From a virus (lineage: Duplodnaviria; Caudoviricetes), in the IMG/VR virus record IMGVR_UViG_3300025451_000027, positions 1 to 40,024 of that record: a stretch of 40,024 nucleotides of DNA; one strand, 5' to 3'. Position 1 is the stretch's first letter. Each line of letters begins with the position of its first letter. Below are positions 33,696-40,024 of the stretch, one piece after another. Below the pieces are notes generated by a model. It was not told the origin of the DNA. It was given only the letters and a program-made list of their open reading frames with translations, and searched no databases. The translations under genes were made by a program, and so were the position numbers.

Positions 33696-34052
33696 ATGGA
33701 CCGCATCGACAACGCACTGCTGAAGCCACGGGCCAGCGACAACCACCCGGCGCAGCAACTGGCCGCCGAAGATCGCGCTTACGACGCATTCATGGACCCG
33801 CTGCGGGCTAACCTTGATGTTGCGCTGATTTCCGGCCTCATGACCCGCAAGAGCTACCCGCTGCGCTCGTTCCTCGGCGAGTGCAGCAATGATGCGCAGA
33901 AGCTGCTGTTTGCGGCCTGCGCCGTGGCTGTACGCGACAACCACCCGAACGCTCAGAGCGAGTCCGACAAGTCAGTTGCTGCGGCGCTGCGCGAGTTCGT
34001 CGAGTGCGTCGCTCGTGACTACGCCGACAACTACTCGGAGTGCTACGAATGA
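33696..34052 (+). CDS. Hypothetical protein, first gene of the rightward operon
   Basis: AGGAG RBS, MDRIDNALL... Confidence 0.6.
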   Translation: MDRIDNALLKPRASDNHPAQQLAAEDRAYDAFMDPLRANLDVALISGLMTRKSYPLRSFLGECSNDAQKLLFAACAVAVRDNHPNAQSESDKSVAAALREFVECVARDYADNYSECYE

Positions 34053-34149
34053 GCAAGTTGGACGCTGCAGCCTTCATGGCTGGCAATCAGGCGGAGGTGG
34101 CCGCATGGGACGCCTTCTTGGAAAACGTTCCGATGTCATGGGTGCAGCA

Positions 34150-34461
34150 ATGAAGCCGCACGTACACGCCGCCGTGATCAAGGCTTGGGCTGATGGGGCC
34201 GATGTGCAGTTCAAGCCTAACCTACTGAATGGTTGGCAAGATTGGGAGGCAGCTATCTTTGGCTCAACTCCATCATTCAGAGCTGATTGGCAATGGCGCG
34301 TAAAGCCCAAGCCTGTGAAGCTTATGTACCGCGTTGCGCTGCTTAATGCTGGCTCCGGCTACCGCTTTGTAGCCACCGATACCCATGAGCGCGCGGCAGA
34401 ACTTTTTGGCCATGACGACTTCATTCGTTGGGCCAGCGAATGGGAAATGGTGGAAGCATGA
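34150..34461 (+). CDS. Phage hypothetical protein
   Basis: PH.HA.VIKAWADGA.VQ ... WRVKP motif. Confidence 0.7.
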   Translation: MKPHVHAAVIKAWADGADVQFKPNLLNGWQDWEAAIFGSTPSFRADWQWRVKPKPVKLMYRVALLNAGSGYRFVATDTHERAAELFGHDDFIRWASEWEMVEA

Positions 34462-34597
34462 ACAGCCATCCTGACAGCGACTACATGAGCCTGCGGGTCG
34501 CCGAGAACAACGCTCGCACCCTGTTTGCAGTCGATCAACTTTGCTGGGTCGCGTCGGTGGCTGCCATCGTCGTGATCGGCGTGCTGTGGTGGCCGCT

Positions 34598-35980
34598 GTG
34601 AGCTACGCACAATTCGTCGCCAGCAAGCTCGGCATCAATCAATCAACTGGCATCGCGTCTGGCTTCAGTGTGCCGGTCTCGCTGTTCCCTCATCAATCTG
34701 CACTGACTGCATGGTCTTTGCGTCGCGGCCGTTCGGCCATATTCGCAGACACCGGCCTTGGAAAGTCTCGGATGCAGATCGCTTGGGCCGATGCTGTGCA
34801 TCGCTACACCAAGCGCCCCGTGTTGATCCTGGCCCCACTTGCCGTTGCATCACAAACCGTTATGGAAGGTGCCGCGTTGGCTGTGGAAATCCAACTATGC
34901 CGTGATGCTGCGGACGTGGGGCCGGGAATCAACATCACGAACTACGACCGGCTGCACAAGTTCGACCCATCGATGTTCGGCGGTGTTGTGCTGGATGAGT
35001 CATCTTGCATCAAGCACCACGATGCGAAGACCTTCCGCATCCTGATTGACGCGTTCAGAGACACTCAGTTCAAGCTTTGCGCGACGGCTACACCGGCCCC
35101 AAATGATTGGACAGAGCTGGGAACTCATGCCGAGTTTCTCGGTGTGTGCACGCGGCAGGAAATGCTCGCGGAGTTCTTCACGCATGACGGCGGCGACACA
35201 AGCGTCTGGCGACTCAAAGGGCACGCACGGCAAATATTCTGGCGATGGGTTTGCCAGTGGGGCGCACTGGTACGAAAGCCATCTGACCTTGGCTTTGACG
35301 ATTCGGCCTATGACCTTCCGCCGCTGCACTTGCACGAGCATACGGTCGAGACTGAAATGCCGCTGAATGGGATGCTGTTTGCTGCGGAGGCACAAACGCT
35401 GAGCGAGCGGCGCGATGCACGGCGCATGTCTGTTGATGACCGCGTGCGTGATTGCGCGGCCATCGTCAATGAAGACTCAGGCGAGCCGTGGGTTGTCTGG
35501 TGCGATCTGAATGCCGAAGGCGACGCACTCACCAAGGCCATCAACGGCGCAGTGCAGATCGCTGGAGCTGACAGCGTGGAAGTGAAGGAGCATCGCCTTG
35601 CAGACTTTGCAGCGGGGAAATTCCGCGTATTGGTCAGCAAGCCCAGCATCTGCGGCTTTGGGTTGAACTGGCAGCACTCTGCTCGCATGGCATTCGTTGG
35701 TGTCACAGACTCATTCGAGGCGTACTACCAAGCCGTGCGCCGATGCTGGCGATTTGGCCAAACGCGCGATGTACATGTCCACGTCTTTGCGTCTTCTGCC
35801 GAAGGCGCCGTTGTGGCGAACCTGAAACGCAAGGAGCGGGACGCGCAACTCATGGCGCAAAGCCTCAGCGCAGAAACCCACGATGCCGTCATGCAATCAG
35901 TGACCGGCACCGTCAGATCAACCAACACGCACAACGCAACGAACCCTGTTGCTGTGCCTTCATTTCTGAAAGCTGCATGA
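34598..35980 (+). CDS. SF2 (SNF2-like) helicase
   Basis: FADTGLGKS, LDESS, TATPAPND, GFGLNWQ, QAVRRCWRFGQ. Confidence 0.88.
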   Translation: MSYAQFVASKLGINQSTGIASGFSVPVSLFPHQSALTAWSLRRGRSAIFADTGLGKSRMQIAWADAVHRYTKRPVLILAPLAVASQTVMEGAALAVEIQLCRDAADVGPGINITNYDRLHKFDPSMFGGVVLDESSCIKHHDAKTFRILIDAFRDTQFKLCATATPAPNDWTELGTHAEFLGVCTRQEMLAEFFTHDGGDTSVWRLKGHARQIFWRWVCQWGALVRKPSDLGFDDSAYDLPPLHLHEHTVETEMPLNGMLFAAEAQTLSERRDARRMSVDDRVRDCAAIVNEDSGEPWVVWCDLNAEGDALTKAINGAVQIAGADSVEVKEHRLADFAAGKFRVLVSKPSICGFGLNWQHSARMAFVGVTDSFEAYYQAVRRCWRFGQTRDVHVHVFASSAEGAVVANLKRKERDAQLMAQSLSAETHDAVMQSVTGTVRSTNTHNATNPVAVPSFLKAA

Positions 35981-36855
35981 TGAACTGCATTGACCAGATC
36001 GTGACCGAACGATATGCCGCCTATCACGGTGATTGCGTTGAGGTTCTGAAAGGCCTCCCTGATCACTCCATCGGCTATTCGATTTTTAGCCCGCCGTTTG
36101 CATCGCTCTACACCTACAGCAACAGTCCGCGCGACATGGGAAATGTGCGCAACGACGACGAGTTCTTTGCGCACTTCGACTATCTGATCGCAGAGTTGCT
36201 GCGGGTACTGAAGCCTGGCCGTGAAGTTTCATTTCACTGCATGGACATGCCGACGAGCAAGGAGCGCGATGGCTACATCGGGCTGAAGGACTTCCCCGGG
36301 GAACTGATCCGCGCATTCCAGAAGCATGGCTTCATCTTTCACGCCAAGGTCACGATCTGGAAAGACCCTGTGACTGCCATGCAGCGAACAAAGGCGCTCG
36401 GCCTGCTGCACAAGAGCATCCGCGAGAACTCCGCCATGTGTCGCCAAGGAATCCCGGACTACCTGATCACGATGCGGACACCAGGTGAATCCGAGCGAAT
36501 CAAGCACGGTGCCGAGTTTCCTGTTGACCTCTGGCAGAAGGTTGCAAGCCCAGTATGGATGGATATCAACCCATCCGACACGCTGCAATACATGAGCGCC
36601 CGCGAGCATGACGATGAACGGCACATCTGCCCGCTACAGCTTGACGTTATCCGGCGCGGGGTGCTTCTGTGGACCAACCCTGATGACATCGTGCTGAGCC
36701 CATTCATGGGCATTGGCAGCGAGGGCTATGTCGCTATTGAGATGGGCCGTCGATTCGTTGGCGTAGAGCTGAAGGCGTCCTACTTCAAGCAGGCATGCGC
36801 GAACCTTGCTGGCGCAACCGCGAAGACTGAAGACTTGTTTACGGAGGTCGCTTGA
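35977..36855 (+). CDS. N4-C/N6-A DNA methyltransferase (beta class)
   Basis: FSPPF, HICPLQLD, SPFMGIGSEG, GVELKASYF. Confidence 0.85.
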   Translation: MMNCIDQIVTERYAAYHGDCVEVLKGLPDHSIGYSIFSPPFASLYTYSNSPRDMGNVRNDDEFFAHFDYLIAELLRVLKPGREVSFHCMDMPTSKERDGYIGLKDFPGELIRAFQKHGFIFHAKVTIWKDPVTAMQRTKALGLLHKSIRENSAMCRQGIPDYLITMRTPGESERIKHGAEFPVDLWQKVASPVWMDINPSDTLQYMSAREHDDERHICPLQLDVIRRGVLLWTNPDDIVLSPFMGIGSEGYVAIEMGRRFVGVELKASYFKQACANLAGATAKTEDLFTEVA

Positions 36856-37040
36856 TCACCGCCGCACACCTTGACCATGCCCAGCGCGCAAAGCGGCTGC
36901 ACGGCACGCCGCTTCATGTGCTGCTGCTGAGCAGTGGCGCCATGACCGGCCCATACCGCAGGGCGCGGCCCGTGACGGTAAGCCTGTTCTCGCGTCTTCT
37001 GCGCCAGCTGCGCGCGCATCAATTCAAGGTGAAGCCATGA
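36852..37040 (+). CDS. Small hypothetical protein
   Basis: Coupled to both neighbours. Confidence 0.45.
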   Translation: MITAAHLDHAQRAKRLHGTPLHVLLLSSGAMTGPYRRARPVTVSLFSRLLRQLRAHQFKVKP

Positions 37041-37681
37041 GCATGATTCACAGTTCAATCAAGTCGGCAATGGCTGAGATCGCAAGGACAGGCATTGCAA
37101 AGATCAGCCGCAACAAGGACCAGAGCTATAACTTTCGCGGCATTGAAGCAGCAATGAATGAGATGTGCCCGGTGTTGATCCGCGCCGGGATCATCGTTAG
37201 CCCGTCCTACAGCGAGCTGACCGTGCACGAACGCCAGAGCAAGAGCGGCGGAACTCTGCGGTTTGTGATGCTGAAAGGGTCATTCAAGTTCGAGGCCGAG
37301 GACGGATCGTTCGTGATCGGCGAAGCCTACGGCGAAGGCATGGATTCATCCGACAAGGCCACGACCAAGGCGCAGTCAGTGGCCTTCCGGACTGCGTTGT
37401 TTCAGCAGTTCATTGTCCCGACGATGGCAATTGATCCAGAGAGCGGCCTTGGAGTTCCGACGCGCGACGAAGAACTCGAAGAAATCGCGGCATCTGCTGT
37501 TGATAAGTTTGAGGCTGGCAACGAGTACGGCGCCTATGAAGAAGTCTCGTGCATCACCGATTCAGAGGAACAGCTTAAGTTGTGGTCTTTGCTGAAGCCG
37601 CATTCAAAGCTGCGCGCATCGATCAAGTCCCATGCTGCGCAAGAGCGAGCAAACCAAGACGCACTGGCGGGCAAGAAGTGA
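37037..37681 (+). CDS. ERF-family single-strand annealing protein
   Basis: N..Q.YNFRGIE, GEGMDSSDKATTKAQSVAFR.AL. Confidence 0.8.
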   Translation: MSMIHSSIKSAMAEIARTGIAKISRNKDQSYNFRGIEAAMNEMCPVLIRAGIIVSPSYSELTVHERQSKSGGTLRFVMLKGSFKFEAEDGSFVIGEAYGEGMDSSDKATTKAQSVAFRTALFQQFIVPTMAIDPESGLGVPTRDEELEEIAASAVDKFEAGNEYGAYEEVSCITDSEEQLKLWSLLKPHSKLRASIKSHAAQERANQDALAGKK

Positions 37682-37953
37682 ACTACCTCAAGACGCCAGT
37701 CTTCCGAAGCGAGAAATGGCTTCGCGCCGTTGCTTCGCTGCCCTGCATGTTGTGCTTTCGTGAAGGCGCTACACAGGCCGCACACCGCAATGTCGGCAAG
37801 GGCATGGGGATGAAAACCGACGACTGCTTTACTGCCGCCCTGTGTGTTGACTGCCATGCTGAGATTGACCAAGGCGGCGCATTGATGGCGCAGGCGTGGA
37901 CATCGTGTTTCGGCCTACGTCAACGCTTACGGTCCGCGAGTGTTCGGACCTGA
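37678..37953 (+). CDS. DUF968/HNH-like zinc protein, C-terminus probably lost
   Basis: RSEKWL.AVASLPC..C...QAAH....KGMG.K.DD...AALC..CH..ID. Confidence 0.65.
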   Translation: MNYLKTPVFRSEKWLRAVASLPCMLCFREGATQAAHRNVGKGMGMKTDDCFTAALCVDCHAEIDQGGALMAQAWTSCFGLRQRLRSASVRT

Positions 37954-37997
37954 TCGAATTTATCAACGCATGGGCCGCAATGGCCGAGGAAACATGA
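37881..37997 (+). pseudogene. C-terminal remnant of a NinB-like gene
   Basis: Alternative frame [33 protein letters not shown], no start. Confidence 0.5.
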
Positions 37998-37998
37998 C

Positions 37999-38433
37999 AT
38001 GGCAAGCGTCAACAAAGTAACCCTCATCGGCAACCTGGGCCGCGATCCTGAAGTGCGCTATGCGCCCAGCGGCGCCGCAGTCTGTAACATCACCATTGCC
38101 ACGTCGCGGAGTTGGAAGGACAAGACCAGCGGCGAGCGCCAGGAAGAAACCGAATGGCACCGCGTGGTCTTTTACGACAAGCTGGCTGAAATCGCCGGGC
38201 AGTACCTGAAGAAGGGAAAGCCGGTCTACATCGAAGGCCGCCTGAAAACGCGCAAGTGGACCGACAAGGATGGCGTCGAGAAGTACACCACCGAGATCAT
38301 CGCCAACGAAATGACGATGCTTGGCGGAAACGACGGCGAACAAAAGCCGCAGCAGACGCACAGCCAGCAGCGCCAGGCAGCGGCCAAGGCGGTGACGGGG
38401 TTTGATGGGATGGAGGACGACATCCCGTTTTGA
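37999..38433 (+). CDS. ssb: Single-stranded DNA-binding protein
   Basis: [21 protein letters not shown] ... TEWHRVV ... DDIPF. Confidence 0.95.
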   Translation: MASVNKVTLIGNLGRDPEVRYAPSGAAVCNITIATSRSWKDKTSGERQEETEWHRVVFYDKLAEIAGQYLKKGKPVYIEGRLKTRKWTDKDGVEKYTTEIIANEMTMLGGNDGEQKPQQTHSQQRQAAAKAVTGFDGMEDDIPF

Positions 38434-38434
38434 C

Positions 38435-38459
38435 GCCGAACGTTCACGGCGAGCTGACC
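38435..38459 (-). other. attC half site
   Basis: GCCGAAC GTTCAC GGCGAGCTGACC resembles the A1 arm GTTTAAC GTTGGA GGTGAGCTGACG; no second arm. Confidence 0.45.
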
Positions 38460-38489
38460 AAGGAGGCCTATCCAAATGTCCGGTGCCCA

Positions 38490-38699
38490 ATGATGGAACT
38501 TCTGCAACTGGATGGCGAAGGCGTCGAGATCGGGGACATGCACGCCGATGCGCTGGCGAAGTTTGCCGGGATGCCCGCGCTGAGCGTGCAGCTCAGTGAC
38601 GGTCGGGTTGTTGTTCTGATCGGCATGACGCGCGAGGAATGCAAGGCTTGCTTGCCTGCGTTTTTGGCGCCTGCGCGGATTAAGGTGTGCGGTGTTTAA
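38490..38699 (+). CDS. Cassette gene, hypothetical (start uncertain)
   Basis: Stop TAA in GTTTAAC. Confidence 0.5.
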   Translation: MMELLQLDGEGVEIGDMHADALAKFAGMPALSVQLSDGRVVVLIGMTREECKACLPAFLAPARIKVCGV

Positions 38700-38813
38700 C
38701 GTTGGAGGTGAGCTGACGTTGGCAGCGCGCGCCGAAACATGAACACAGAAGAAATTCACATGGACAAAGAACCTTCCCCGCTGGCAACGGTCAGCTCGAC
38801 CGACGGGTTAGGC
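38694..38813 (-). other. attC A1 (120 bp; ATG in the loop)
   Basis: GTTTAAC-6nt-GGTGAGCTGACGTTG...CAACGGTCAGCTCGACC-5nt-GTTAGGC. Confidence 0.8.
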
Positions 38814-39089
38814 CTGGCCCCGGAGCGTGCCGAAGACGCGCACGCAGAGCACTGGCAAGCGCTGGTGCGGGCATCGAACGCCATAGCACGCAGCCCGCAG
38901 TGTGGCCCAGAGCAGGCGCGCGAGTTTTGCGCTGCGGTAGATCGCCTATCGGCTGCGCTGATGCGCGGCGATGAGCCGGCCTACACCGCAGACCAGATCG
39001 CCGATGCCTGCATGGCGGCCGAGATACCCGACAGCAAGTTTGAGAGCCTGCTGATTGCATTGCGGGCCTACCAGAGAGGAAACCGATGA
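38739..39089 (+). CDS. Cassette gene, hypothetical
   Basis: Starts within attC A1 (ATG 38739 or 38760). Confidence 0.6.
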   Translation: MNTEEIHMDKEPSPLATVSSTDGLGLAPERAEDAHAEHWQALVRASNAIARSPQCGPEQAREFCAAVDRLSAALMRGDEPAYTADQIADACMAAEIPDSKFESLLIALRAYQRGNR

Positions 39090-39394
39090 ACTGGATCAAG
39101 CAATTCTTTTGCGCACACCGCTATGAGTGGGCGCGCAACATCTACGGCGATGAAATCAACGCTTGCAGCATGCTCTACGGAGCCGCCCGCCGCGCTGCGC
39201 GTGCCCTTGGACATGAACCGATTTACACGTACACGCTGCCCGACGAAGGCGGTGCCAGCTTGCGAGCCGCTGGATTTAGGCTCGACAAAGAGGACGCGGG
39301 CGGAAGCGCCGCGATGTGGCACAGCCGGCCTGGCCGCACTGCTGAACCCGTAGGCGATGACCTTGTTGGCGGCAAATGGAGGTGGATTGGATGA
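39086..39394 (+). CDS. Chimeric ORF with an XF1762-like C-terminus
   Basis: NACSMLYGAA.RAA.ALG....TYTL..E.GASLRAAG. Confidence 0.55.
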   Translation: MNWIKQFFCAHRYEWARNIYGDEINACSMLYGAARRAARALGHEPIYTYTLPDEGGASLRAAGFRLDKEDAGGSAAMWHSRPGRTAEPVGDDLVGGKWRWIG

Positions 39395-39861
39395 GCAGAG
39401 AAGCATGGGGCGATCCGCCCGAACCACAAGCCCCGCGCTGCCCGGTGTGCGACGGCACAGAGCACACCAACGACTGCGAGCTTGGCGAGGAAATGGCGAA
39501 GAGGCAGCAATGCGAGCGAGAGCTTGCCGAGTGGCGCGAACTGGCGCTGTCTCAGGCCGGCGACGCTGGGCTGTTGGCGCGGATGGTGAAGGCCGAGACG
39601 GAATCCGCGCTCTTGGGCGCGGAGGTAGACCGATTGCAAAAAGAACTCGACAGCGCCGGCTTGGCTCGGACGGTGGCCGACGTGGTGAAGCGCGACGCCT
39701 ACCGCTTCCGCAAACTGCTGATGCAGGGCTCACACTGGCTCGGCGTGTTCCGGTGTGACCCTGACGGAACCCCATCCGACAGCATCAGCACCGACGAGCT
39801 GAGCGCGCTACTCGACGCGATGCACGGGCCAGAAATGCCGCCCGTACCTGAAGCGCCATAA
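39391..39861 (+). CDS. Hypothetical zinc-finger/coiled-coil protein
   Basis: CPVC....H..DC; DA.RFR motif; stop TAA in CCATAAC. Confidence 0.6.
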   Translation: MSREAWGDPPEPQAPRCPVCDGTEHTNDCELGEEMAKRQQCERELAEWRELALSQAGDAGLLARMVKAETESALLGAEVDRLQKELDSAGLARTVADVVKRDAYRFRKLLMQGSHWLGVFRCDPDGTPSDSISTDELSALLDAMHGPEMPPVPEAP

Positions 39862-39916
39862 CGTTGCCGGTAACCGGCTTGCCGAAGGCAAGTCCGAGTT
39901 GACCGGCCTGTTGGGC
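39856..39916 (-). other. attC A2 (61 bp, intact copy)
   Basis: CCATAAC GTTGCC GGTAACCGGCTTGCCGAAGGCAAGTCCGAGTTGACC GGCCT GTTGGGC. Confidence 0.88.
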
Positions 39917-40024
39917 GGCCCTACCCGAAGCGAAAAGGACTGAGCATGAAGGACGAACTGCTGGTGCGTGCTGCACAGGCCAACGGCCACGCCTACCCGT
40001 GGACGATGCCGAACGGCTTTGGCG
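39862..40024 (+). repeat. Direct repeat copy 2 (includes the 5' part of the 2913 gene from 39946)
   Basis: Matches 2829-2991. Confidence 0.95.

Larger units (their letters stand above)
2829..39861. mobile_element. Complete circularly permuted P22-like (podovirus) phage genome unit, 37,033 bp
   Basis: Full set of packaging, head, ejection, lysis and replication genes; the sequence wraps round (39862-40024 = 2829-2991). Confidence 0.85.
38435..40024 (+). mobile_element. Integron-like cassette array A, proximal part (continues at 2829)
   Basis: Half site at 38435, attC at 38694 and 39856. Confidence 0.75.

Noticed and set aside
1-40024. Phage-encoded IntI, other recombinase, or reverse transcriptase (DGR/retron)
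   Set aside because: No ORF shows R-H-x-x-R/H-Y tyrosine recombinase, serine recombinase or YxDD RT motifs by eye; an HMM search is needed to be certain

Overview
Bases 2829-39861 form a complete, circularly closed 37,033-bp unit: 39862-40024 repeats 2829-2991 with one mismatch. The unit is a P22-like podovirus genome with terminase, portal, scaffold, capsid, tail/ejection genes, lysis genes, O/P-like replication genes, a Cro-like regulator, helicase, ERF, SSB, a Q-like protein and tRNA-Gly. I recognise no integrase or CI. Bases 1-2828 are a visibly more GC-rich piece of a different (pro)phage (DUF2303, C5 methyltransferase). The main finding is that both early operons contain integron-like gene cassette arrays. 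Array B (24702-29815) has 10 attC sites. Array A (38435-40024, continuing at 2829-5177) has 7 sites plus a half site. No IntI is present. Every cassette gene is antisense to canonical attC polarity, and the attC sites often supply the stop codon and sometimes the RBS and start codon. Cassette ends are mutually complementary, as expected for units that were once circular. Identical attC sites sit on unrelated genes. The junction at 2828/2829 lies exactly on the IntI crossover position, joined to a GWTMW secondary site. All calls are by eye; no database searches were run.
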